Shown here one piece after another: positions 16,973 through 26,635 of a stretch of 31,800 nt of DNA. The stretch is from the IMG/VR virus record IMGVR_UViG_3300027886_000011, positions 1 through 31,800 of that record; one strand, written 5' to 3'. Position 1 is the first letter of the stretch; each line of letters opens with the position of its first letter. Under the pieces are notes generated by a model. The model was not told the origin of the DNA and did no database searches. It saw nothing but the letters and a program-made list of their open reading frames with translations. Origin of the DNA: a virus (lineage: Duplodnaviria > Caudoviricetes). Both the position numbers and the translations under genes were made by a program.

Positions 16973-18259
16973 ATGGCAATGGACGAAACACAGGTAGCTG
17001 CCACGGAGTTAGAGAAGGTTCGGACCAAGATCCCCATTCTTTTCGACAAGGAAGATACTTTCTATTCCATGATCGAAAAGGGTGAGGTCGAGCAGATCTC
17101 GAATCGGGATATGAGAATCCCGTTGGAGATTCGGCCCGGTGGACGGTTCGGCCATTTCGATCCCGCAGGCGGCGACCTCGGACGCGGTGAAGGACCGACT
17201 TATGAAAAGGCGGTTATCAACACCGTTCATCTCAGGCACGCAATCGAATGGCACAAAAAGACCGAGTGGGCTACTGACTCAGCTCGTAAGGCTGTTGTCC
17301 AGTCGGTCAAGAAGCTCCTTGCCTCTGGCATGGTCGAGTTCCGTCGAGCGGTTGACGCTCTTGCCGTATCCTCAGACGGCACTGGCGTGCTGGGAACTAT
17401 CTCGGCAGTCTCGACAACTGGAGGTAAGGACACCTACACCTGTGACGTAGATGGCTTCGGTGTGCGCCTGATGCGTCACGGCCAGCTACTTTCGGTGTAC
17501 AACAGTACACTCACCACAAGAAAACCATTCACTGGTGGTGGGTCGATCAATGGTGAGGCTCCCATTGATCTACTTGACTTGCAGAATAAGCAGGTCAGGT
17601 TCAATGGTACTGTTGCTGCTCCGGCAGTCGCTGGTGACAAGCTGGTTGTGTCTGGTCTGGTCAGCACGCCCCCAGTGTCGCTATATGGTGTTCCTTACCA
17701 TATCTCGAACGCCTCAACCGGCTCGTGGCTCGGACTTGACCGAGCTTTGTTCCCGGAGATTCGTGCGAATAGAGTGAATGCGAACGGGACAGCCTTGGCC
17801 CTGCCCTATGCGCGTCTCGCTATGAATAAGATCGGTGACAGGCTCGGTCAAGATCATGGTACGAAGTCCGAAGCATGGATGCATCCTGCTCAGGTCCAGG
17901 CCTATGAAGAGATGGCCCAGGCAGTGATGATGATCAACAAGACTCCTGGCAAACAGGGTGTCGACCTCTACTTCGGTGAGGGCGACAACTTCCAGATTGC
18001 TGGGGTCAGCATCCGCAAGCACTACAGCTGGGACAAGCGACGAATCGATTTCATCGTGCGTTCTGTCTGGGGTCGTGCGGAAATGCATCCAGCGGGTTTC
18101 TACGAGGTCGATGGTCGGAAGATCTTCGAGATTCGTGGAACTTCGGGTGGTGTTGCGACATCGCAGATTTTCTACGTGGTAGGTTCGTTCAACCTCTACG
18201 TAACGAATCCTGCGGTGTGCGCGTATGTCGATAACCTCGCCGTCCCATCAGGTTACTAA
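16973..18259 (+). CDS. Major capsid protein
   Basis: 428 aa, AGGAG RBS, follows portal and scaffold; beta-rich insertion and NLYVTNP C-terminal pattern of HK97-fold coats. Confidence 0.8.
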   Translation: MAMDETQVAATELEKVRTKIPILFDKEDTFYSMIEKGEVEQISNRDMRIPLEIRPGGRFGHFDPAGGDLGRGEGPTYEKAVINTVHLRHAIEWHKKTEWATDSARKAVVQSVKKLLASGMVEFRRAVDALAVSSDGTGVLGTISAVSTTGGKDTYTCDVDGFGVRLMRHGQLLSVYNSTLTTRKPFTGGGSINGEAPIDLLDLQNKQVRFNGTVAAPAVAGDKLVVSGLVSTPPVSLYGVPYHISNASTGSWLGLDRALFPEIRANRVNANGTALALPYARLAMNKIGDRLGQDHGTKSEAWMHPAQVQAYEEMAQAVMMINKTPGKQGVDLYFGEGDNFQIAGVSIRKHYSWDKRRIDFIVRSVWGRAEMHPAGFYEVDGRKIFEIRGTSGGVATSQIFYVVGSFNLYVTNPAVCAYVDNLAVPSGY

Positions 18260-18369
18260 TGAGTGAGCTCTGGCAATCACTTACGATGCCACAAGTAGTG
18301 TTAGTTCTTGGACTACTCTATGCGTGGTTGATATTCGTGATTGTCAGAGCTATCGGAGAAAGTAAATGA
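18259..18369 (+). CDS. 36-aa single-TM protein
   Basis: Read by hand: MSELWQSLTMPQVVLVLGLLYAWLIFVIVRAIGESK, overlapping both neighbours (TAATG, ATGA). Confidence 0.6.
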   Translation: MSELWQSLTMPQVVLVLGLLYAWLIFVIVRAIGESK

Positions 18370-18890
18370 TTGATAAACAAGCTGTAAACCTCATCAACAG
18401 AGAACTCGAACTCAAGTGGGGAAAGAATATGTTTCGACTCGTCTGGGCAAATGACGAGTTTGAAACACGTCATCGTGTGCTTACACTGGTCGATGGTTCT
18501 GGCAATTATACAGGGGAGCGCGAAGAGACGGCGCGCGTCAGGAAGTATTCCTATCTCATGAATCGTTTCGTCTTTGAACGATACTACGGGAATCAACCCT
18601 TCGAGATTCCTCCTGAGGTAAAGGACTGGAATGGTTGGGAGGTTCTCTGGGCGTTTGAGGAAGGTCAAGACCCAAACGTAGAGGTTTGCATGTTCATTAG
18701 TGACGCACTAATGAATGGTGTCAAGAACAGCCTCAAAGATCATTATGACATGGATAAGAAGAAGTTCGATAAAGAGGTCGAAGAAGCCTACGAAATTCTA
18801 GAAAACGAGTCACCATATCTTGCAACGATGCTTCAGAACAAAGAGGCAGTCGTTGTGCCAGAGATGCCAAAGGATAAAAAGGATGCCTAA
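18366..18890 (+). CDS. Hypothetical protein
   Basis: Coupled ORF with GGAG RBS. Confidence 0.75.
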   Translation: MIDKQAVNLINRELELKWGKNMFRLVWANDEFETRHRVLTLVDGSGNYTGEREETARVRKYSYLMNRFVFERYYGNQPFEIPPEVKDWNGWEVLWAFEEGQDPNVEVCMFISDALMNGVKNSLKDHYDMDKKKFDKEVEEAYEILENESPYLATMLQNKEAVVVPEMPKDKKDA

Positions 18891-19533
18891 AGATTTCGCG
18901 ACGACAGCAACGATAGTTAGTCTCTTTCCACTTCCAGTATTCGAGAGGAAGCCTCTTATTCCAAGTATCTATCAGGTTGAAGCTGCTACAGAGGAGCTTC
19001 AGCCCAAGATTCTTAAGGTTGGAGAGGGTATCTTCCATGTCTACCTCGATGAATTTCGAGGGTCAATGACTATCAGAACTCCTGCCATTACAGTGGCGGA
19101 ATCTGTGGTCAGAGATTTCCTCGATGGCCAATACCTCTATAGTGAAGAGGCGCGCCCCGCACTCTGGACAGTCCCAGGGGAATGGACGTTGGAAGAGATT
19201 TTAGAGGATAAAGATCAGAAAGAACGGCTTTATCGAGAGCACTCTCTACAACTCGAATGGTTCAAACGGCTAATCTATATTGCTGATGACGAATGGTCCA
19301 AGCATCATCAGCACAGAATGATCACGGAAGTTCAACGAGTTGCAGCTCGTAGATTGAAATTCAATCGTGAGTGGGCACTTGAGTTCAAGCCAGAGAACAT
19401 CACGGATTGTCCTGGTTGCGGCACTGCAATCAGCAAGAAGATTGCTGTCTGCCGAGAGTGTGGCTGTATTATCAATATGGATATCTACAAGACTCTCCAG
19501 TTTACGGGAGAAGTAAGCCATGTTAGCAAGTGA
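18883..19533 (+). CDS. Hypothetical protein with C-terminal double zinc ribbon
   Basis: CPGCG...CRECG; start moved to MPKDF, which has an AAGGA RBS. Confidence 0.75.
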   Translation: MPKDFATTATIVSLFPLPVFERKPLIPSIYQVEAATEELQPKILKVGEGIFHVYLDEFRGSMTIRTPAITVAESVVRDFLDGQYLYSEEARPALWTVPGEWTLEEILEDKDQKERLYREHSLQLEWFKRLIYIADDEWSKHHQHRMITEVQRVAARRLKFNREWALEFKPENITDCPGCGTAISKKIAVCRECGCIINMDIYKTLQFTGEVSHVSK

Positions 19534-20161
19534 GATTATGGACGAAGCCGCTGCGTTGATGAATGACGCAGGTAAGCTCACCTGGGGTTATCCTCAGTTG
19601 CTCCCATATCTACGTCGTGCATATGGGACGTTAGAGCTTCATCTCTTCCTCAACGGGGTGCGCGCCCTAAAGGAAGTGTCGGCTATCATTCCAGTTACTG
19701 CTATTGATCCAGTTATTGCTCTACCCGCAGATTTTGTTCAGGCTATCTCGATGGAGGAGCGCGCCTTAGGATCGACAGACGCGTTCTACCCAGTGACAGA
19801 ATCAGATTGGGATCAAAGCCTCAAAGCAGATTCCATTATGTACTGGAACTGGAGAGAAGAATCCCTAAAGATTAATCCGCCAAGGATTGATAGAGAAATC
19901 AGACTAAGGTATCGAAAGGGTCTGACAGCTATCCTTGGCGAGAACACCAATATTTCGATTCTACTTTCAAAGCCATATCTCTCTGCAAAGTGCGCGGCCA
20001 ACGCCTCAGCATTCGGAGCGTCCAATGCTGAAAGAGCAAGCATTCTCAACAGCGAGGCAAATACCGAGCTAGCTATGCTCATCAATGCAGAGATAAGAAA
20101 TCAGCAAGGAGTCAAGTTTCGTCGTAGGCCATATGGTGCAAGCAGACGCGCGCGCCGGTAG
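19520..20161 (+). CDS. Head-tail adaptor-like protein
   Basis: Helical N-terminus, LPADF motif, ~210 aa, located between capsid and nozzle-like gene. Confidence 0.65.
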   Translation: MLASEIMDEAAALMNDAGKLTWGYPQLLPYLRRAYGTLELHLFLNGVRALKEVSAIIPVTAIDPVIALPADFVQAISMEERALGSTDAFYPVTESDWDQSLKADSIMYWNWREESLKINPPRIDREIRLRYRKGLTAILGENTNISILLSKPYLSAKCAANASAFGASNAERASILNSEANTELAMLINAEIRNQQGVKFRRRPYGASRRARR

Positions 20162-20203
20162 GTAGTCCAGCCTATCGGAAAGTCCCGTCAACAGGAGGAC
20201 AAA

Positions 20204-20515
20204 ATGATCGCATTCGCACAGACACAGAAAGAACCAGGATTTCGTTCTATGAGAATTCTGGGAACTCTAACATTCTCAGGGAACTACGTTACAGGTGGTG
20301 AAGTCCCTACTGGTCTGGTAAAGCCCCACACTACAAAGAACGCAGTCATGGCTAGCTTCATGAGCAAGGGAGATCACAACTTCAAGTATGATGCTGCAAC
20401 TGGTAAGGTCTTGGTTTATGCCCCAGGTGGCGCGCAACTCGCAGCTGCTGCATATCCTGCGGGTGTGACAACTGACGTTGTGGTAATAGAAGTAGAGTAT
20501 CCCAAGTTCGGCTAA
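20204..20515 (+). CDS. Small virion structural/decoration-like protein
   Basis: AGGAGG RBS; GTLTFSGNYVTGGE beta-rich pattern. Confidence 0.55.
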   Translation: MIAFAQTQKEPGFRSMRILGTLTFSGNYVTGGEVPTGLVKPHTTKNAVMASFMSKGDHNFKYDAATGKVLVYAPGGAQLAAAAYPAGVTTDVVVIEVEYPKFG

Positions 20516-20518
20516 GCC

Positions 20519-22378
20519 ATGATCGAGAATCACGTTCCTATCCCGATACCTGATTTCAATGGCCTCTGGGATCGAGGTCCGGATGAAGCTATTCCGGTCG
20601 ATCACTTCAGGACCGCTCTGAATATACGGTACAAACCGTCAGGATTCTACACTCGGGAGGGTTCTGTCACAGACGTGACGTGTGGTGAGGTCTCGAGATT
20701 TCATGTCTACAAGATTACAGGTCAAGTTTCAAGACTCCTATATCTAATAGGAAACTCAATCTACGATTCAGCAGAACCTGCCAAAGGGCCAATCCTCACG
20801 ATTGGTGGAATGATTGACTTCTCAATGGAGACTTTCTTTGATCGGGCATACATTACTCCACACAATGGGGTAACTGGCATGCCCGGTCAGAGTGTTTATT
20901 ACTACACAGGCGCGGGTGTCGCACAGATTGCAGGAGGTGCGGCTGTTCCTCCTACACCTGGAATGACAGCTGGGGTATCTGGTATTGGATATTTCGACCC
21001 AGGTATTCATGCATTTGCCTGTGGATTTGAGACAGCTACAGGATTCATTACGCAATTTGGTGCATTCTGCCACTGCACAACGGAGGAGGATAAAGGAGTT
21101 CAGCTCACGAACATCCCCATCGGTCCTCCCGGGACTGTGGCGCGCATTCTATTCAGTACAAAGAATGTAGCTGATCCTGCGACAAATACGTTTAACGGGG
21201 ATTACCAGAATGCAGAATGGTTCTTCATCCCAACAGGGAGGATCGCAGATAACACGACAACTACAAAAGAAGGATCTTTCTTCGACGCTGATCTCGTCGA
21301 CCAGGCCGACTATATCCTTGAGCAATTACCCACTATACCTGCCGGGGTTGGGATCACCTCGTACCAAGGAAGCATGGTTGTCTGGGGAGAGGATGCTAAC
21401 CCGGCGACCGTTAGAGTTTCCAAAGCCGGGGAACCAGAGTCTTTTAATGCAGTTGAAGGCTTCGCTCAGGTTGAGCCAACGGTTGGAGGAGGGGTCAGAA
21501 ACTGTGTCGAATTCAGAAGTAGTCTCTATATCCTCAAAGCTACCAGATGCTACGTAACACAAGCCACGAATCAAGAGGCTCTGTTCTGGCAATATCCTCT
21601 TCTTGATGGCTCAGTAGGGACTGAGTGTCATGGAGTAGGAAAGATATTCGAGCGCAACTCTAATACAGTAGACAAATACCTAGTAGCCTCACGTCGAGGT
21701 CTTATGATGTTTACTGGTAATTTCGAGGAAGAGATTAGCTGGAAGGTAAAGGATATCTGGCAAAGAATCACCAAGATTTACTTCCAGAAGATTCAGGTTG
21801 CAATCGATTCAGATAATCAGGTTATCTACATTTCATTACCCTTAGATGGCTCGACTCTTACCAATGCATTGTTGGTGGGTGACTATACCAATGGATTAAA
21901 TGCTAAGAATATCAAGTGGGCTCTTTGGACATTTCCACATTATCCGATATCGATGGGACTTGATAATGATCTTGTATCGAAGGATATCATCTTCAGATAT
22001 GCAACACAGGCTGGAAATATTAGAAGGCTCGATATCACGCAACGTAATGATTATGACACCGCAATAATTACACAGTGGGAGACTGGTGAATTACCTGTCG
22101 ATTCTAAGGGTGAAGTCTTCCATCACGGCGGAGTGCGCCTCAGGGCTACAGGTGTAGGAAATCTTAGATTGACTGTAACGAGTCTCGATGGCGGTCAGGT
22201 TTATAATCTACCTGCTATTCCTCTAACTCTGTTTCCTGGTATCTACCCACTGAGAACCTACAATGCACAGAGTGAAAAGATAACACTTCGAGGAGTAACA
22301 CAGAACGCTGGCGAGTATATGGTTGTCACCAAGATGTGGCTGTTCGTTCGTCAGCTTTGGCTAACGAGGCCTCAGTAA
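20519..22378 (+). CDS. Tail nozzle / DNA stabilisation protein (P22 gp10 / T7 gp12-like)
   Basis: 619 aa, beta-rich; N-terminal DFNGL...ALNI, SKAGEPESF; position after the adaptor. Confidence 0.65.
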   Translation: MIENHVPIPIPDFNGLWDRGPDEAIPVDHFRTALNIRYKPSGFYTREGSVTDVTCGEVSRFHVYKITGQVSRLLYLIGNSIYDSAEPAKGPILTIGGMIDFSMETFFDRAYITPHNGVTGMPGQSVYYYTGAGVAQIAGGAAVPPTPGMTAGVSGIGYFDPGIHAFACGFETATGFITQFGAFCHCTTEEDKGVQLTNIPIGPPGTVARILFSTKNVADPATNTFNGDYQNAEWFFIPTGRIADNTTTTKEGSFFDADLVDQADYILEQLPTIPAGVGITSYQGSMVVWGEDANPATVRVSKAGEPESFNAVEGFAQVEPTVGGGVRNCVEFRSSLYILKATRCYVTQATNQEALFWQYPLLDGSVGTECHGVGKIFERNSNTVDKYLVASRRGLMMFTGNFEEEISWKVKDIWQRITKIYFQKIQVAIDSDNQVIYISLPLDGSTLTNALLVGDYTNGLNAKNIKWALWTFPHYPISMGLDNDLVSKDIIFRYATQAGNIRRLDITQRNDYDTAIITQWETGELPVDSKGEVFHHGGVRLRATGVGNLRLTVTSLDGGQVYNLPAIPLTLFPGIYPLRTYNAQSEKITLRGVTQNAGEYMVVTKMWLFVRQLWLTRPQ

Positions 22379-23805
22379 TGTTGCGCCCTGTCAAACCCCA
22401 GAGGGATGCAAGAATTGATGCCCTTGGAAATGACGAAAGGTCTGTCCTGATTCTTAAGGAGATTCTTCGTGATTTCAACAAGGATGTGCAAGCTGTCTAT
22501 GAAGTTATCCTTCCTATCGAGGCAGCTGTTAGGCCCATTATCACTGGTGGTGGGATAGGCTTATCTCCAGAGCCAACAAACTTTGCAGCTCAGGTAGTTC
22601 TCAATGGTATTCACCTGTCATGGGAAGCTCCCAATGCTGCGGCTCGACTGTATGAGATTCGTAGATCAGGAGATCTAAATTGGAATCTTGCGTCATTTGT
22701 GACGCGCACACCGTCGCTTTCTATACTTCTTGATCCTCTACCTTTTGGTTCATACTTCTTTTTGATTAAGACTATCGATACATTTGGTAATTACTCACCA
22801 AACTTTGCGAGCACAAGTGTCACGATTATATCACCAGGTAAGCCATTCGTGACGGCAGCAGTTATTGATAACAATGTTCTTCTGAACTGGACTACACCTA
22901 CAACTAGTTTCACAATCGACCGCTTTCGTGTGTACCGTAATAATAATCTTTACGGTGCGCTTCGCGCCACGTTTGTGTCAACCTTTGAAACGGTTGCAGG
23001 AGAATATACCTATGGAGTAGAAGCAATTGATATAGCTGGTAATGTAAGTGAGCTAGGAGAGGTTACTACAACTGTCAATACTCCACCGGATTATCAACTA
23101 TTAGATACAAAGGTTAGCGATCTGAATGGCACGATGGAGAATGTTGTACGATCCTCTACACCGAGCTTGATTGCTTGCGTCGATACCAATATAACTTGGG
23201 AACAGCATTTTGTAAATAGATCCTGGAGTACTCCTCAAGATCAGATCAATGCTGGTTATCCAATCTATATTCAGCCTACACTTACAACAGGCTGGTATGA
23301 GGAAGTTATTGATTATGGGATAGAGATTCAGAATACTATCGTTACAGTTACATATCAAATGATACAGATAGTTCCTGAAGTTAGTGTTTTAGTCAAGCTA
23401 TCCTATTCATCAGACAATATCACTTTTACTCCACTTCCACCTGGGCCATCGCAGTTCGTTCCTATCTTTCGTTACCTCAAGATGCGTCTTGAGTTTACAG
23501 GCTCTAGTGATAAGGCTTTAGCTGAATTCACCCTGATGACCACTACACTCGATGTTAAGCGAGAAGTAGATGGTGGTGAGATCATAGCACATGCTACAGA
23601 TGTAGATGGGACTCAAGTATTATTCAATAAAGTATTTAAGGATGTTAATTCTATCACTGCAACATGCGATTCTATCGAGCCAATTGTTATCATTTACGAT
23701 TTCCTGGATATACCTAACCCTGTAGGTTTTAAGGTCTTTGCTCTGGATTCCACAGGTAATCGTGTGACTTATTTAGTTTCTTGGAAGGCTAGGGGTATCG
23801 TCTAA
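22378..23805 (+). CDS. Tail protein with fibronectin type III-like repeats
   Basis: IHLSWEAP...YEIRR...YFFLIKTIDTFGNYS and VLLNWT...YTYGVEAIDIAGNVS; TAATG coupling. Confidence 0.75.
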   Translation: MLRPVKPQRDARIDALGNDERSVLILKEILRDFNKDVQAVYEVILPIEAAVRPIITGGGIGLSPEPTNFAAQVVLNGIHLSWEAPNAAARLYEIRRSGDLNWNLASFVTRTPSLSILLDPLPFGSYFFLIKTIDTFGNYSPNFASTSVTIISPGKPFVTAAVIDNNVLLNWTTPTTSFTIDRFRVYRNNNLYGALRATFVSTFETVAGEYTYGVEAIDIAGNVSELGEVTTTVNTPPDYQLLDTKVSDLNGTMENVVRSSTPSLIACVDTNITWEQHFVNRSWSTPQDQINAGYPIYIQPTLTTGWYEEVIDYGIEIQNTIVTVTYQMIQIVPEVSVLVKLSYSSDNITFTPLPPGPSQFVPIFRYLKMRLEFTGSSDKALAEFTLMTTTLDVKREVDGGEIIAHATDVDGTQVLFNKVFKDVNSITATCDSIEPIVIIYDFLDIPNPVGFKVFALDSTGNRVTYLVSWKARGIV

Positions 23806-24650
23806 TGTGGCAGAGATACAATCAGACTTCTAAGATTTTCGAGAAGTCTGTTGATAATGGAGTAACGTGGGCGCCACTGCCACTTAATGCCTCTATTCTT
23901 ACAGAGGGCACAATACCTAATGTCGCGTACGTAAATGTTTCAAATACCTTTGCACTGAATCAAAACTTTAGTGGGCATATCTATTCTAAAGGTTACATAT
24001 ATCCTGGACGTGCTGATATTGTTGATTCCCAGACTAATTGGTGGCTCGCAAGTCATGCATCTTATGGATTATATTCTAATACTGGTCTATACCTAACTGG
24101 TGGTTTATTGACTGTTGGCAGTGTAACTGTAGAATCTAATATTCAAACCAAAGGACAAATATTTCCTGGTCGAATTGATACAGTTGCTTTACAAAATTCT
24201 TGGTATCTTGGATCACATGGCGCATACGGATTATATAGTAACACTGGATTAGCCTTAAACGGAGCTATTTGGGAACGTGGTCGTTCTACAGCAGTAGGAC
24301 AGCATACTCGTTGGTATCCTTCTATGACTACGGATACTGGTGCTGGTATATCACTATATGACCAGATATGTCATTATTTTCAAATAGGCAAGATGGTCTT
24401 CTGGCAAATCTATGTGAACATGAACATAACAACTGCAACAACTTATGTTCGAGCAAGTCTACCCGCGGGATTGCCAGCAGGCTATAGTACTGGTTCTCGA
24501 ACCTATTGTCAGATACATAACAATGCAGCCTACACACAAGGTATGAGTCAAACGGAGGCAGCCAGCATAGTCTTCTGGCCTATAACTGGGAATTGGAATG
24601 TAGGAAACTGTCTTATTATGCATTGTCAAGGCTGGTACAATCTCGATTAG
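23805..24650 (+). CDS. Tail fibre-like protein with 54-aa internal duplication
   Basis: Duplicated KGxIxPGR...SHxxYGLYSNTGL unit; fibre-type C-terminal domain (YFQIGKMVF...SLP). Confidence 0.65.
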   Translation: MWQRYNQTSKIFEKSVDNGVTWAPLPLNASILTEGTIPNVAYVNVSNTFALNQNFSGHIYSKGYIYPGRADIVDSQTNWWLASHASYGLYSNTGLYLTGGLLTVGSVTVESNIQTKGQIFPGRIDTVALQNSWYLGSHGAYGLYSNTGLALNGAIWERGRSTAVGQHTRWYPSMTTDTGAGISLYDQICHYFQIGKMVFWQIYVNMNITTATTYVRASLPAGLPAGYSTGSRTYCQIHNNAAYTQGMSQTEAASIVFWPITGNWNVGNCLIMHCQGWYNLD

Positions 24651-24662
24651 TGGAGAATACAA

Positions 24663-25025
24663 ATGCCAATGTCAGAAAGTACATTGCAGATGGAACTTGC
24701 AAAAGATCCTGCATTTCTGAATCGACTTAACTATCTAATGCTTCAAACGGCACGAGGGGTTAAAGACGAAGCAAAAGAAACTCCTTATCATCAGAAACGA
24801 ACTTCATATGCTTCTCAAGTTCTAAATAATTCGGCAGCAATGGTAGCACAAGCTGCGTATACTATTGTCGGTGGTGTCAATATTGTTGGTACTGTTGACA
24901 TAACAGACAATGGTGTTATAACTACTGCTGATGATGCAGCTATTTTTAGTCAAGTTGCTACATTTTGGAATATCCTAGCTGGTGTTGATTCAGCAGATGA
25001 TCCAAATCCACCTGCCATTCCATAG
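24663..25025 (+). CDS. Hypothetical tail-associated protein
   Basis: GGAG RBS; lies in the fibre module. Confidence 0.7.
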   Translation: MPMSESTLQMELAKDPAFLNRLNYLMLQTARGVKDEAKETPYHQKRTSYASQVLNNSAAMVAQAAYTIVGGVNIVGTVDITDNGVITTADDAAIFSQVATFWNILAGVDSADDPNPPAIP

Positions 25026-25033
25026 GATTAATA

Positions 25034-25225
25034 ATGTCTGAGACTCCTAAACTTGAAATTACTATCGAAGAATTTTATCAGATCGTGGGGGAGTTAGAAG
25101 TTGTCAGGAGAAAACAAGCATTACAACTCCAACAGCTTTTTAGACAAGTTGACGAAATGTTTGCGGAAATTCAGCGTCTGAGGAATCCAGATGGCGGATT
25201 GGTCGAAGCCGACAATAACAAGTAA
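25034..25225 (+). CDS. Small coiled-coil protein (possible fibre chaperone)
   Basis: AGGA RBS; heptad pattern. Confidence 0.6.
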   Translation: MSETPKLEITIEEFYQIVGELEVVRRKQALQLQQLFRQVDEMFAEIQRLRNPDGGLVEADNNK

Positions 25226-25817
25226 TTACATTATATTCGTTGACGAGATTAAAGCTCGCGACGTTGATGCAATTACTTTACAACGTGTTCCACTGACTGC
25301 TCCTCCGACTGGGGCAATAAAGTTGGTTCGAAGCCCTGTCAAATTCCAGGAGTGGGACGGGACAACTTTTGTTGACCTAGTACTCTCGGTTGCAGGTGGT
25401 GGGACAGGTTCGTCTACTCCTGCAGGCGCGGGATCGGCTCTTGGCTTAGGTACAATGGCATATCAAAATGCCAATGCTATCGCAGTCACTGGAGGGAATC
25501 TTACTAATATTTCCATACATGGCGCATGTAATCATTATAATGGCACTCTCATAATTAATGAAAATCCAAGTCATGGTCTCATTTGCTATGGACCCCCTAA
25601 TACATCTGGGTATGCAGCCTATATTATCAGTTCTGGTGTTGCTGGCGCTGCAACAGGTCTTATTGTACAGGCAGGCTATAATGCGTCGGATTACTCATTT
25701 CAAGTTAGAAATCGAGCTGCAACAATAAGCTCTTTTTTAGTCCGTGGTGATATGGTCGCCGAATTTGGTCATAGACTTGTTATCCCTGTTGGCACAGATC
25801 TCTGGGCGCCTGTATAA
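25191..25817 (+). CDS. Tail fibre-like protein
   Basis: LSVAGGGTG...LGLGTMAYQNANAIAVTGG is a typical fibre-shaft motif. Confidence 0.7.
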   Translation: MADWSKPTITSNYIIFVDEIKARDVDAITLQRVPLTAPPTGAIKLVRSPVKFQEWDGTTFVDLVLSVAGGGTGSSTPAGAGSALGLGTMAYQNANAIAVTGGNLTNISIHGACNHYNGTLIINENPSHGLICYGPPNTSGYAAYIISSGVAGAATGLIVQAGYNASDYSFQVRNRAATISSFLVRGDMVAEFGHRLVIPVGTDLWAPV

Positions 25818-26635
25818 TGGTTAAAAGACCAGGCTCCCTTTGGATTGAAGGTGATAGCCTTCATTACATCGACCAAGGTGGTTATGAGTGGCGAGGTAAT
25901 GGGGAATTCGTTAAATACATAACAGCTAGACCAGGATCAGTTTGGTGTGACTCCTTTAATTTATATTATATAAATCAAGGGGGATATGCACAATTTAGAT
26001 GTCCTGGTGTGATTGTTCACACAGACAATGCCGCTCGCTGGGGATCTATCTGGATTGAAGGTTCTGAATTTCATTTTGAACTCGGACCTTATGATATTTT
26101 ATTCCATGAAGATGTAGCGCATACAGATGGTGGGGGTGCAGCAGGCCATACTGACCATACAGATCAATCTGCTCATATTGATGCGCCTCCTGGGGGTCAT
26201 TTAGATACGATCCATGACGACATTCATAACGATTGGCCTCATGGTGATTCACATACGGATGTTCATACTGATCAGGCTCATTGGGATGATCATGTAGATG
26301 GTGTTCATACGGATGGCCATTACGACCACACGGATGGTGCGCATCAGGACGTCCATGGCGATGACAGCCATTATGATGGTCATACTGACTACCATAGTGA
26401 TAAGTTAGTTCATCACATAGATGAGCATGGTGATGTAATTCATCAAGATACACATTCGGATGTTCCGCATCATGATGATCCTGGTGGTGCTTCACATGGC
26501 GATACTCCACATTCAGACGTTCCAGCAGGCTCACATGGTGATACACCTCACTCTGACGCGCCACACGTAGATCATAGTGATGCAGTTCATAATGATGTTC
26601 CACATCTCGACAATCCAGTATATGTAGGACCATGA
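25817..26635 (+). CDS. His-Xaa-Asp repeat protein; candidate radical SAM substrate
   Basis: Three RxGSxW repeats in residues 1-96, then ~34 HxD motifs; ATGA overlap with the rSAM gene. Confidence 0.85.
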   Translation: MVKRPGSLWIEGDSLHYIDQGGYEWRGNGEFVKYITARPGSVWCDSFNLYYINQGGYAQFRCPGVIVHTDNAARWGSIWIEGSEFHFELGPYDILFHEDVAHTDGGGAAGHTDHTDQSAHIDAPPGGHLDTIHDDIHNDWPHGDSHTDVHTDQAHWDDHVDGVHTDGHYDHTDGAHQDVHGDDSHYDGHTDYHSDKLVHHIDEHGDVIHQDTHSDVPHHDDPGGASHGDTPHSDVPAGSHGDTPHSDAPHVDHSDAVHNDVPHLDNPVYVGP

